A stretch of 64,000 nt of DNA, from NCBI RefSeq assembly GCF_009914755.1, contig NC_060936.1, one strand, 5' to 3'. The stretch comes from the human T2T-CHM13v2.0 reference genome, Homo sapiens. Positions within the stretch are counted from its first letter, which is position 1. Each line of letters opens with the position of its first letter. The position numbers and the translations under genes were made by a program. Shown here piece after piece: positions 43,993-58,268 of this stretch. The notes under the pieces were generated by a model. That model was not told the origin of the DNA, ran no database searches, and saw only the letters and a program-made list of their open reading frames with translations.

Positions 43993-44295
43993 GGGCTGGA
44001 TAAGGTGGCTCACACCTGTAATCCCAGTACTTTGGGAGGCTGACAGGAAAATTGCTTGAGCCCAGGAGTTTGAGACCAGCCTGGGTAATATAATAAGATC
44101 CCTGTCTCCACAAAAATAAACAAGAAAAAACATTATCTGGGCATGATGACATGTGCTGTAGTATTAGCTACTGGGGAGGCTGAGGTAGGAGGATCATTTG
44201 AGCCCAGGAGTTTGAGGCTACAAGGAGCTAGGACCACACTACTGCACACCAGCCTGGGCAATAGAGTGAGACTCTGTCTCTAAACAAAGAAAGAA
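43993..44295 (+). mobile_element. AluJ
   Basis: Sense dimer. Confidence 0.88.
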
Positions 44296-45701
44296 AGGAA
44301 TACCTTCCGGAACGAATGAATGAATGCATGCTTATTTTGCAAGGTTGCCAGGAAGATGTAAATAATGCATGTAAATCATTTAGCACCCTACTTGGTACTA
44401 TAGGTATTCACTGAAAGGCAATGCCTATTAGTTCTCAAAAAGACAGAGAGCTTGTCCAGTGCCAAGGCTGTGCCTTCTCAGATAGGCTCCTTCCCTGAAC
44501 TTTCCTTAGGTCTGAAGGGTTCCTAAGGCTGCCTCTGTTTTCCTCTCTTTTTGTGTCTCTGCTTCCTGGAGGTGTGGCCGGTAGGTCTTCAGCCCCTGCC
44601 CCCTCCCTGTTTCCCTCTCTCTTCCCCCTGTCAGGTGTTTTGCCTATCTTGGGTCCTAATTGAGATGGCAAATTCCAGGGACAGGGCTTACAGCCAACTC
44701 TGCCAGCCTCCTCTGCCAGCAGCAGGAGGAAGACAACAAAACCCCAGCATTGCGGCGTGCAAGCCCCTCTCTCTCCAGCAGGAAAGGAGCCTTGAGCCTG
44801 GCCCATTCGGTCCACTCCATCGTGGGAGCCCGGACTGGCCAAAGGCACGAGTCCCAGCTCCTCTGTGCTCCCAGCCAAGAAGCACCTGATGTCCCTTTGC
44901 CGTCCCCTCGGACACCGTGCCAAGCTAAGGGGGCAGTTTTCTGCTAAATGGAGACCAGGTGGTTTCTAAGGCAATTAGAACCCCTGAGCTGGTGCTGGGC
45001 ATTGGTGTGGGGGAGTGCCTGCTTCCCACTTCTCTTCGCTGGCTTTATTTGTTTGCTTTGGATTAGAGAGGCTTGTGCAAAACCTAGACTTGTTTCTGTC
45101 CTGTTTCCACTCCCCCAAGGCTGGGAAGCTGACACTTGCAGTTCCCCTGTGAACTGGAGGCAGCCCGTGTACTGGAGCACCTCATTCGTAAAATGGGAGA
45201 CGAAGTCCTGTCTTTCACAGTTGTTGTGAATGCATTTTGTAAAGTTACTTCCTGCACAAGTGTATTTGAATCATTTATGCAACAGAGGTCTGGAGACAGA
45301 ACATTGTGGGTAGAGAGGACAGCAGATGCAAAGATCTTAAAGTGGGAAAGAGCACAGTGTTTTGAGGTTTGAGGGAGGCAGCTCATGCCCATGCTTATGG
45401 AGGGAGCTCTCAAATATGCATTTGGAAAGAAGCAAAGGCTTAAAGAGGATGGAAACTTTCTTAAGATTCAAGAGCAACTTGCTTTGTTGGCTCACTTAGT
45501 AGAGGTGCTGGCCTAGATGCCAGACCTACAGAAAATTTGATGTCTGCTTCCTGTCTCCACAGTCCAGTTGGGAGACGCTAACCAGAAACAGAAAGATTAC
45601 AGTGAACTCGCTACTCCAATAATCAAACTTACACGTGCAAGAGCAACACTCAGACCTGGATTCCAGCCCTGCCACTTGGTAGCTGTGCAGCCTCAGGCAC
45701 A

Positions 45702-47396
45702 GGGCAGCATTTTCCCCTGCCCTAGACATTTGTAGGACTTTGAACTTGAGAAAGATGATTTAGGGTATCAGGCAGAAGAAATTTCTAAGCAGCAAAGCAT
45801 TCAAGAGATGACTTGAGTGCTGTTAAAGACATTCAGTTTTAAAAGGGAAACAGCATAAAAGTTTGGAAAATTTGCAGCCTGACAATGTGATAGAAAAGAA
45901 AATCTCATTTTCTCAAAAAAAAAAAAAAAGAAAGAAAGAAAGAAAAGAAAAGAAAATCTCATTTTCTGAGGAGAAATTCAAGCTGCCTGCAGAAATTTGC
46001 ATAAGTAATGAAGACCCCAACGTTAGACCCCAAGACAATGGGGAAAAATGTCTCTAGGGCATGTCAGAAGTCTTCATGGCAGCCCCTCCCATCACAGGCC
46101 CAGAGGCCTAGGAGGAAAGAGTGATTTCATGGGCTGGGCCCAGGGTCCCCCTGCTGTGTGCAGCCTATGGACTTGGTGCCCTGCATCCCAGCCACTTCAG
46201 CTGTGGCTGAAAGAGGCCAACATAGAGCTCGGGCCGTGGCTTCAGAGGGTGCAAGCCCCAAGCCTTGGCAGCTTCCATGTGGTGTTGAGCTTGCCATTGC
46301 ACAGAAGTCAGGAATTGGGGTTTGGGAACCTCCGCCTAGATTTCAGAGGATGTATGGAAATGCCTGAATGTCCAGGCAGAGGTTTGCTGCAGCGGTGGGG
46401 CTCTCATGGAGAACCTCTGCTAGGGCAGTGCAGAAGGGAAATGTGGGGTTGGAGCCCCCACACAGTGTTCCCACTGGGGCACCACCTGGTGGAGCTGTGA
46501 GAAGAGGGCCACTGTCCTCCAGACTCCAGAATGGTAGATCCACTGACAGCTTGCACCATGCACTTGGAAAAGCTGTAGACACTCAAAGCCAGCTTGTGAA
46601 AGCAGCCAGGAGGGAGGCTGTACCCTGCAAAGCCACAAGAGCAGAGCTGCCCAAGACCATGGGAACCCACCTCTTGTGTCAGCGTGACCTGGATGTGAGA
46701 CATGGAGTCAAAGGAGATCATTTTGGAGCTTTAAGATTTGACTGCCCCACTGGATTTTGGACTTGCACAGGGCTTGTAGCCTCTTCGTTTTGGCCAATGT
46801 CTCCCATTTGGAATGGCTGTATTTACCCAATGCCTGTACCTCCATTGTATCTAGAAAGTAACTAATTTGCTTTTGATTTTACAGACTCATAGGCAGAAGG
46901 GACTTACCTTGTCTCAGATGTGACTATGGATTGTGGACTTTTGAGTTAATACTGAAATGAGTTGAGACTTTAGGGGACTGTTGGGAAGGGATGATTGGTT
47001 TTGAAATGTGTGGACATGAGATTTGGGAGGGGCCAGGGTGGAAGATACAGTTTGACTCCATCCCCACCCAAATCTCATCTTGAATTCCCAGATGTTGTGG
47101 GAGGAACCTGGTGAGAGGTGATGGAATCATGGGGGCAGGTCTTTCCCATGATGTTCTTGTGATAGTGAATAAGCCTCATGAGATTTGATGGTTTTGTAAG
47201 GGGAAGTTTCCCTGCCCAATCTCTCTCTTTGCCTGCTGCCATCCATGTAAGACATGACTTGCTTCTCCTTGCCTTCCGCCATAATTGTGAGGCCTCACCA
47301 GCCACGTGGAACTGTAAGTCCATTAAACCTCTTTCTTTTGCAAATTGTCCAGTCTTGGGTATGTCTGTATCAGCAGTGTGAAAATGGACTAATACA
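45702..47396 (+). mobile_element. 5'-deleted THE1B-like element (internal ~45702-47042, 3'LTR ~47043-47396)
   Basis: Internal part is colinear with 7590-8878; LTR contains GCCATCCATGTAAGACATGACTTGC and ends AATACA; no 5'LTR. Confidence 0.9.
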
Positions 47397-47399
47397 CAT

Positions 47400-47596
47400 G
47401 GGCTCAAGCGATTCTCCTGCCTCAGCCTCCCAAGTAGCTGGGACTGCAGGCACACACCACCATGCCTGGCTATTTTTTTAATTTTTAGTAGAGAAGGGGT
47501 TTCACCATGTTGGTCTTGAACTCCTGACCTCAAGCAACCCACCCACCTCAGCCTCCCAAAGTGCTGGGATTACAGGTGTGAGCCACTGCCCTGGCC
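47400..47596 (-). mobile_element. Alu lacking its 3' ~80 bp
   Basis: Begins GGCTCAAGCGATTCTCC directly after the LTR. Confidence 0.85.
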
Positions 47597-48429
47597 CAGA
47601 ATCAACTTAAATAAACATATTAAATGAATTGTATTAGATGTGCCATTTGAATCTGGCAAGAACCATGCTTGGGGCATTTGAAAAGAACACGAGTTTGAGA
47701 GACCTTTCTTTTTATCCAACCTCAGGAATGTGGTGATTGCTCCCACTTAACACAGCACCCACTGTGTGCTGGGCACATTTCTATGGCTTTCAATACCTAA
47801 AGCTGAGGACATCCTAACCTAATATGTGGTAAGCGAAATTATTAGCCCCATTTACCAGATGAGGAAACTGAGGCTCAGAGACATTAGGCAATTCTCCCCA
47901 AATCTCGCAGCTAGCAAATGGCCAACTCAGGACTTGAAGGGGGCCGTTCTGGGATTAAGGAAATGTAGCTTTAGGGGCTGTGCAGGCAGGTACTTGGCTA
48001 TAGTTCTAGAAGAGGAAGATGTGAAACACTGAGATACGTTCTGCGTACCTCCTGCCCCATGACCACACTAGTGTTATTTTCTAATTGGTTCGATCCAGGA
48101 TCTTAGCAATTCAGGAAGCAAAATAGCCCACTGAGCTGTTAAAACGTGGCCTGCGCTCCAACCACCAAAAATTCTATGCTCTCCCCCAGTGGGATGGTGG
48201 CATCTACTGATTTGCTGTCCTGCACCTTCCCATCTGCCTTTGCCATTCCCTTTCACTAAATCCTAGGCTGGGGAAGCCCTCCCCAGAACCCCATAACCCC
48301 GTAACCCCCTGTTCCCCAGCTGGTGGGTCTGGGAAGGTGGGCCAGGCCTGCGATGGTCCCGCCGCCATCCACATACTCCAGCCCTGCCTCTTTGTCTCTC
48401 TTCCCTTGGGACCAATGTCTCATTCCCCA

Positions 48430-48650
48430 GGGTGTCAAGGGGAAAATTAATCACCCGGGGGAGATCAGTCAGCCTGCTGACTTGGCAGGGGAAAGACAAA
48501 GAGAAATAGGGTGTTTCGCGGATTGGTTGGGTCCCCCATTAAGGGATGGAAAAATGCTTGCTTTGCGATTACAAATGGCCAACATTCAGGCGGGCAACTC
48601 CCGTCCCCGCTCACCTCGGGAAATTGCTGCTAATGCGGTTCTGGAGAAGG
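48430..48650. promoter_or_regulatory. CpG-retaining candidate enhancer
   Basis: Unique sequence with AATTAATCA, GATTGG, CCATTAAG, GCTAATG and several CpGs. Confidence 0.35.
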
Positions 48651-48757
48651 TGGCTGTCTCCTTTCTTCCAGGTCAGATCCTAGCTTCTCTGCGAACCTTC
48701 AGGGGCAATGCCTGCTTTCCCTCTCCAGCCGGGCCTCCAGCCCTCTTGGTCTGGCAC

Positions 48758-48811
48758 CTCTCAATCCAGAAGATGGGCTCCAGTCTCTCAATCCAGAAGA
48801 TGGGCTCCAGT
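48758..48811. repeat. Perfect 27-bp tandem duplication (CTCTCAATCCAGAAGATGGGCTCCAGT x2)
   Basis: Read directly. Confidence 0.95.
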
Positions 48812-50272
48812 CTTTTTTGCATCGTACCTTCGGCATCTGTAAAAGCGACACTTCAGCCATGGAGGAGAGGCACCCTGTGTAGTGGTTATGGGCATAGACT
48901 CGTATGATTTGGGTTAAGAGGAGCCTGTGTGACCTCAGCAGGCTGCTGAATTTTTCTGTGTCACAATGTCCCCTTTTGGGTGATGGGATTGATAATAGTG
49001 CCCCTTGTGCCAGTCGTGGGGCTACTGCCCTCAGCTCTACTCCCTGCTCTGCTCAGTGTCACCAGGGGCTGACCCATAGGCTGCATGGTCCTGGCTCCCC
49101 TTGTATCAGCTGTGCTCAGCCAATGGGAGATCTGTTGGGTGGAGGAAGGGAGAGGCCAGGGTTTTTCTCTCTCTCTGTCCTGACCTGGGCCGCCTCTCCA
49201 CCTGGAACCCCTTCCTCCATCTCCCGGCTGTGGTTCCAGCTTCCATGGGCCCCACCACTGGGCTCTGGGAATATCACTCCCACCCCGTCCCTCCAGCCTA
49301 GGGGTGGAAGTGCTGGCTTGGGATCACTTCCTTGCTCTCCCTTCCCTCTGTTTTCACACTTAGAGTGGTGTGTGTTTCCCAGGTTTGATCCTGATGGCCA
49401 TGCTATCTCAGAGGGCTGTTCTGGGGTTAAATGAGCTGTGTACTTAGAATGAGTAGAGCACCTTGAAAAGTACTCGGTGCAGAGTAGGTGCCATGTAAGT
49501 GCTTGTTAAGTAAAATGAGAACGGCTCACGTTTACCGAGCGTTTCGCACCATGGCAAGCATTTGCCTGTGTTGCATTGTCTCATTTAATTACCGCAAAGT
49601 AGACATTTGGATGATCCCCTATTTATAAATAAGCAGACTGTGGCTCAGAGAGGCTCAAGGACCTGCTGGTTTCCACAGCTTGTACTCAGCAAAATCTGAA
49701 CTTCAACCCAGGTCTCTCCACCTGACGCTGCTTCCCTAAACCCACCTCCAGGTTGTTTTACAACTTGTAAAGCCTTTCCTGTCCACTTACTCCATATAAT
49801 AGCATTGTAGGGTAGACATAATGTTAGCCCCAGATTATAGGTGAGAAAATTGAGACGAAGAGAGGGGCTTAGGAGCTTGTTCAACATTGCACAGCCAGTT
49901 TATGCTGGAACCAAGATTTGAATGTGGATTCTCTTGTCTGGGCTTACTCTGCTGAAGAGGACAACTTGCTGCTTCCAAGATCTCATTGGAGCCTCTTCCT
50001 CCAGGAAGCCTTCTCTGGTTCACAATGGCCAGATGACTGTCTCCTTTCAGAGCCAGTTTGCTGTGACATTGCTTTCAGTCTTCCTCGTTTCCCAGGAGTC
50101 TCATGTCTTCGGTTTCCACGTGGGAGTATGTTAGGGAGGTTGTAAATTCTCCCACGCAGGGTCAATCCTTACTTCCATCTTTCTACTGAATCTCTGACCC
50201 AATCTCCGTTTCAGCATTCACATTGCTGTTTCTACTCAGAGCAAAACCCCAGCAAATCCTTTCTAAGTCTGA

Positions 50273-50594
<322 letters not shown>

Positions 50595-51559
50595 TGATCA
50601 CCTCTTAACACTCTCCCTGCAACATCTCATGGTGCATGAGCTTCTGAAGCAGAGGGGTTGAGGGCGGTCTCCAAGCTCATCACTGACACGCTGTGTGACC
50701 ATGGGCAAATAATAAACCTCTCTGTGCCACGGCCACTTCTTTGGCAATAACAGTACCTCTCTCCCAGGGCTGCTGTGAGGATTAATATATGTGACATACT
50801 CTATCTGCGTTAGCTGCTATTATGGGGCTGGTGTGGGATGGTAGATCCCTTCCTGTCCCCTGCCCTGTCTCTGTGCACCCAGAGCCCCCTTCTTGCCCTA
50901 TCAGGGTCGTCAGGGTCTGACCTTCCCCATGGCTTCCCCCAGGCCTGAGTGCAGAGCTGCGGGTTGGAGACGTAAATCCTAGATGGCGAGGCCTGACTGC
51001 GGGCTGTGTGACCTTGGACAAACCAAGTCATGTCTGTGGGTCTCCGTAGTCTCAGCTTCAATTTGAGTTGTCTAATCTCTGTCCCCGCTCTGCCTCAGAG
51101 GGTTGTGGTGACATTGAGATGAGACGACAAAATCCAGGCACTGTCATTATTAGCTACAATAACTCACCGCTGTTCTGTGGTTTGTAGGTTGCCCCTACCA
51201 ACCATAGTCAACCTATAAACCACAGAACAGAGGTGAGTTAAGTACAGTTGCCCATTTCACAGATTGGCAAACTGAGGCTCAGAATAGCTAAGCACTTTCG
51301 CAAGGTGGAACATCTCACCATCATTGTGTTCTTGTAGGTTAATGTCATCGCCTTGGTCAATCCTTTCTTTCCCACCTTTCTGTTAGTCTTTTTCTCTTTT
51401 TCAGGTGTGAAAAGTGAGAAGCAGACAATGATCAGGGCTGTAAGCTTTCTGTTTTCAGGTTCTGCTTTCTATTTTTTTTCCTTCACTCCTCAATCCAGTT
51501 CCTGAAAACCATCTTTAAGAATAAAAATAGTTGACCTATCTCAAAATGGCCAAGAGTGG

Positions 51560-51938
51560 CTCTGTCCTATAGGGTCACATGTGGCTATTTAACTTTAAAT
51601 GAATTAAAATGAAAAGTTCGGTCCTTTGGTTGCACTTGCCACATTTTGAATGCTCAAAGGCACATGTAGCTTGTGGCTACTGTGTTGGACTCCATAGATA
51701 AAGAACATTTCTACTGTTGCAGAGAGCTAACTGGCAGTGTGGCCGGAGTAGGGTTTCTCAGCCCCAGCCCCACTGGCATTTCAGGCTGGATAATTATCTG
51801 CAATGGGAACAGCACCCCTGACCTCTACCCAGTAGCTGCCAGCAGCAACTGTCCCTGGTTGTGACAACCAAAAATATCTCCAGACATTACCAAATGTCCC
51901 TTAGAGGGACAAAATTGCTCTTGGTTGAGAGTTGCTGG
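51560..51938. mobile_element. MER3-like MITE followed by MER20 (-)
   Basis: CACATGTGGCTATTT...GCCACATTTTGAATGCTCA, then GTTGTGACAACCAAAAATATCTCCAGACATT. Confidence 0.7.
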
Positions 51939-52046
51939 TCTAGGTGATTAAAAAAAAAGTCATTTCCTTGCACAGAACAAAAGGAAATGGACATATTAAA
52001 GTAACAAGAGGGATTGAGGTTTTAACATCAAGAACTTCCTTATTGA

Positions 52047-52360
52047 GGTCAGGCATGGTGGCTCATACCTATAATCCCAGCGCTTTGGGAGACTGAGGCA
52101 GGAGGATTGCTTGAGGCAAGAAGTTCGAGACCAGCTTGGGTAACAAAGCAAGACCCCAACTCTATTTTTTTTTTTAAATAGCCAGGTGTGGTGGTGCCTG
52201 CCTGTGTTCCCATGAGGACTCAGGAGGCTGAGGCAGGAGGATCACTTGAGCCTGGAAGTTTGAGGCTGCAGTGAGCTGAGCTATGATTGTGCCACTGCAC
52301 TCCAGCCTGGATGACAGAGTGAGACCCTGTTCAGAAAAAAAACAAAACAAAACCCAAAAC
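52047..52360 (+). mobile_element. AluJ
   Basis: Sense dimer. Confidence 0.88.
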
Positions 52361-52929
52361 CAAAAGAATTTCCTTGTTGAGATGGTGGTGACAGCATGGA
52401 TTTGGGAGTCAGCTATACATTTATTCAAAGCCCCACTCTGCCACCTTCTTCCTGGGTTACTTTAGGCAAGTCAGTTGACTTCTCTGAGCCTCAGTTTTCT
52501 CGGCTGTAAAATGGGGGTTAATTGTAACAGTTTCTGCTTCCCAAGGATGTAGGGAAGAGAAAATCAGGTAATGCATTGAAAGTACCAGGGTAGGCACCCA
52601 GGAAACATGGCTTCCCCTCTTTTGTGGGGGGCAAGGGCTTTGCCTGCAGACAGGAAATCCCGTGACGCTGCTCCCAGGAAGCAGCAGATGGGAGAGATCA
52701 CCACTTTGGGCCCCCCTAAGCCTGGAGCCTGGCAGACCCTACCCCCAAGCTCCAGGGGGATGCCTGGGTACCCTGCTCTCAGGTTGGGTCCAGCTAGGGT
52801 GGGTGTGGCTGATGGGGCCAAGGCTGCAGGGATGCAAGGAAAGTCGGGGGCCGGGGGTCACTCCATCCAGAAACATCCATCAAAACAGAGGAAGGGTCCA
52901 GGCAGCTCAATCCCGGAGGAGTGCAAGCC

Positions 52930-53160
52930 GGGAGCGAGAAAAATTGATGCCTGCAGGAGACAAAAGAGAGCCAGAAGAGTGGCCCCCAGACCTCGCTCCT
53001 TCCACAGGTGATAAGATTGATGGGCAGACGAAGGAGGCAGGCTGAGTGATAGATAATTTCAAATTGGCGGTAAACACGGCTGTGGGGACTCGTAGCTTTT
53101 CTAAAATGTGACACCAGTGTGGAGGGGAGATGAGGTGACTGATTAGGAAAGAAGACAGCC
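52930..53160. promoter_or_regulatory. Candidate enhancer
   Basis: CAGGTG/GATAAG/AGATTGATGG at 53005-53023, GTAAACA 53070, GTGACACC, TGATTAG. Confidence 0.35.
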
Positions 53161-53489
53161 GGAAACCCTTCTGAGTGGCAGCTGGGCTTGGCGGAGCTGC
53201 CTTGAGTGGGAAGCACGTGGGAATGAAGCCCCAGACGGATGGAAATGTGCACAGACCTGGCAGCTCCAGCATATCAGCCTTTGTTTGTGATTTTCTTTCA
53301 TTTGCTCAACAAATATTTACTGAGCATGTATTATGTGCCGTGGGCTGGGTGAGATGTTGTGGATACAGCCACTGCGAGTGAGACAGATACAGTCACATCC
53401 CCAAGGAGCTTCTATTCTTGTGGGAGAGACACTCAGTGAAGAGCTAAAGGAATTAATGAACACGTTAATGTTTAGGTTGTTATGGCTTC

Positions 53490-53981
53490 TGTGTGAGTCC
53501 ATTTGCTTTGCTATAAAGGAACACCTGAGGCTGAGTAATTTACAAGAAAAGAGGTTTATTTTGGCTCATAGTTCAGCAGGCTGTACAGGAAGCATGGTGA
53601 GGCCTCAGGAAGCTTCCAATCATGGTGGAAGGTGAAGAGAGAGCCAGCATGTTACATAGTGAGAGAGAGAGAGAGAGAGAGACAGAGAGAGAGAGAGTAA
53701 GAGAGAGAGAAAGAGAGAGTGAGGGGGAGGTCCCAGCTTCCTTTAAACATCCAGATCTCACAGGAACGAACTGAGCAAGAACTTGCTCATCACCAAGGGG
53801 ATGGTGCTAGGCCGTTCACAAGGATCTCGCCTCCATGACGACTCAACACCTCACCCCCATGACTCAACACCTCGCCCCCATGACTCAACACCTCGCCCCC
53901 ATGACTCAACACCTCCACCTCCAACATTGGGGGTCACAGCTCAACATGCCATTTGGAGGAACATATATCTGAACCATGTTA
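53490..53981 (-). mobile_element. MSTB-like MaLR solo LTR
   Basis: TTGCTATAAAGGAACACCTGAGGCTGAGTAATTTA...; perfect 5-bp TSD GCTTC at 53485 and 53982. Confidence 0.88.
53840..53915. repeat. 21-bp minisatellite (~3.6 x GACTCAACACCTCRCCCCCAT)
   Basis: Units start at 53840, 53861, 53882 and 53903. Confidence 0.95.
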
Positions 53982-54990
<1,009 letters not shown>

Positions 54991-55052
54991 TAGCATATTT
55001 GAGGAGGAAAAAGAAGACTAGGTGGCTGGGGAAGAGGGGAAAATCAATTTTA

Positions 55053-55175
55053 AAGCCAGATGTGGTGGTGCACATCTGTAGTCCCAGCTACTTGGGAGGC
55101 TGAGGTGGGAGGATCGCTTGAGTCAGGAGTTCAAGTCCAGCCTGGACAACATAGTGAAACCCCCATCTCTTACAA
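55053..55175 (+). mobile_element. FLAM monomer
   Basis: Left-monomer-type single arm. Confidence 0.7.
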
Positions 55176-55249
55176 AAGACATTGGTTCCCTATGGGGCAG
55201 TGTGAGTGAGGATTATTTGAAAAATGAGGGAACTGAGGTCCAGAGAAGA

Positions 55250-55928
<679 letters not shown>

Positions 55929-56474
55929 GCCCCAAAGCCAACAAGTGGCAGGGCTAGGAGGAGAATCTGGGTCTTCCGGTGCCAGGGTCTGTGTGCTTTC
56001 TCCTACTTTTTGCTCCAGGCTCAGAATTTCTCTAGTAAGAACCTCTCATTTCTCTCTTTCTTCTTCTGATAACCCTGGGATCAGGAAAGGGATGAGGAAG
56101 GAGTAGAGAGCTCTGGCAGCTGGGCTGGGTTGACGGGACTTTCTGTGTCCAGGTCCTGTGAGGATACCATCCAGGATGTCAAAGGAAGACACAGGGAATC
56201 CCAGAACCAGGGTTCCAAGGCTCCCATTAGACTGTGGTGACCACAAGCGTCAGGTTTTGAGCTCTGTTCTTTTCTGAAAGCTCTGCTTCAAGTCCCTCCC
56301 ACCTCTGGTCATTTTCAGCAAATGTAGAATAGTGACACCAGTAGCTATTCTGCATGGGATGCTGAGGATTGGGAGACGGATGCCTCTCCCTTGTCCTTGA
56401 GGAGCTTGTGGTCCTTCTGGGGGCAATTTGGTCACTTACAGAAAAATAAAAAGGAGCTAAAGACTGCCCTTGGT

Positions 56475-56970
56475 ATATTGGTTAATTACAGATGCATAAC
56501 AAATTGACAGCTTAACACAACGACAAACACTGATTATCTTCTGTGAGCCAGAAATTTGGAAGTAGCCCAGCTGGGTGGTTCCAGCTCAGGGTCTCTCATG
56601 AGTTGGCTTAAGTTGTCACCTGGGGCTGCAGCCATCTGAAGGCTTGACTGGGGCCAGAGGGTCTATCTGCCTTCAAGGTGTCTCACTCACATGGCTGGCA
56701 AGTTGGCTCCTTTCCATGTGGACCTCCCCATAGGGCTGCTTGAGTATCCTACAACATGGCGGCTGGCTTTTCTGAGTGAGTCAATCAACAAAGAAAGAGA
56801 GAGCAAGGAGGAAGCCATAATGTCTTTTATGACCTAACCTGGAAAGTCACAATCTGTCATTTCCACAATATCCTCCTGTTTATACAGGTGCGGATAGTGT
56901 GGAAGGGGGACTACATGAGGGCATGAACACTAGGAGGCAGAGATCATTAGGGGCCATTGTAGAGGCTATA
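56475..56970 (-). mobile_element. MLT1-family LTR
   Basis: CTCAGGGTCTCTCATGAG...CTCACTCACATGGCTGGCAAGTTG. Confidence 0.65.
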
Positions 56971-58084
56971 AAGATATTTCAGAATTCAGCAGTGGATGGA
57001 TGAGGGAAAGATTGCAGGAGGAGTGACTGAGAGTCCTAAAATTGTGCCACATAGGGGGCCAAGTCCCTGGGGAAAATTCTTTGGTGTCGAAAGATCCAAT
57101 TCATGCATTTCAAGAAGTTCTTCATCCTCAACAGTAGAGTGCCCTTAAACCCCGATTCCTGGCACGGGACTGCCGAAAGTTGGTCAAATGATAATCAGTT
57201 GGGGTTTTAAGGATCTGATTTGGGGCCACAGAGATTTGGGTTCAAATTTCAACTCTATCACTGGCTATGTGATCTTGAGATAGTTGCTTAACCTCTCTGA
57301 ACCCAAGTTTCTTCATTGGTTAGAAGGGGAAAAATAACTCCCCTCCTTGGCAGGGTTGTTGAAAGGCTTAAATGAGATTGTGCAGGAGAAATATCTAGCA
57401 CAGCATATGCCCTCTGTAAATGATGGTGACTGTTAGGTTGTTTGCTTCTCTGTGCTCCGTGAGGGGCTGAAGATTCCTTGTGGACAGGCTGCTCTTCTCC
57501 CTGGTCTTGCATGCCCCATGGGCCTTTGAGCTGTTGCTTATACCATTTCCCCTGCCAAGGATGAATTCCCCACTTCCTAAGCCCTGTCCAAGTCTCAGCC
57601 ATAATTTAAGGCTTAGCGTATAGCCTTATCCCCTGTGAAAGAACTTCCCAAGTCACCCAAAGGGAACTCTTTGTCCTTTGAGCTTGCCTAGAACCAGGAG
57701 TGCTGGCTGCAAATATAACCACTCTCAAAGAAGTGGCCAGGCCACCATTTGATGGACACATAGATAGTTTCCTCAACAGCAAACTTATAAAGTAACTACT
57801 CTTGTTACGTCTGTTTGACAGATGGAAAAACAGAGGTCACGTAACTTACTCAAAGTCACACAGCTTAGGGGTGCGCCTGAGATTTGAACCCAAGTTTTTC
57901 TCTTCTCTTAACTGCTACTCTGTTATTTCTAAGAGCAAAGCTTACAGTCAATTCCTTGAAGACAGATGCCTCCTTTGACCTTTGTTCCACTCATTCCTTT
58001 ATACCTCCCAGAGCTCCTAACACAGAAAGATGCACCTGGAAGCAGCTACTTGTCATCGGCCAAGTTCATTCAATTGCGTTAGAC

Positions 58085-58268
58085 CAGTCGTTCTCAAAGC
58101 GTGGTTCCTAGCTCAGCAGCATCACCTGGGGACTTGGAAGAAATGAGAATTCTCATGTCAGACCCCAAAACCTGCGGAATCAGAAGCTCTGAGGGAGGAA
58201 CCCAGCACTGTGTGTTTTCATAAGCCCTCCAGGGGCTTCTGATGCAGGCCTAAGTTCAAGAGCCCCTG
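58085..58268. mobile_element. MER5A
   Basis: CAGTCGTTCTCAAAGCGTGGT...CAGCATCACCTGGG...AAGCCCTCCAGG. Confidence 0.8.

Noticed and set aside
52160-52185. Poly(T) in the linker of a sense Alu as a micro-inversion
   Set aside because: Linker homopolymer drift is common in old Alus and there is no junction evidence.
53840-53915. CRISPR-like array
   Set aside because: Units are contiguous with no unique spacers, and the DNA is primate; it is a minisatellite.
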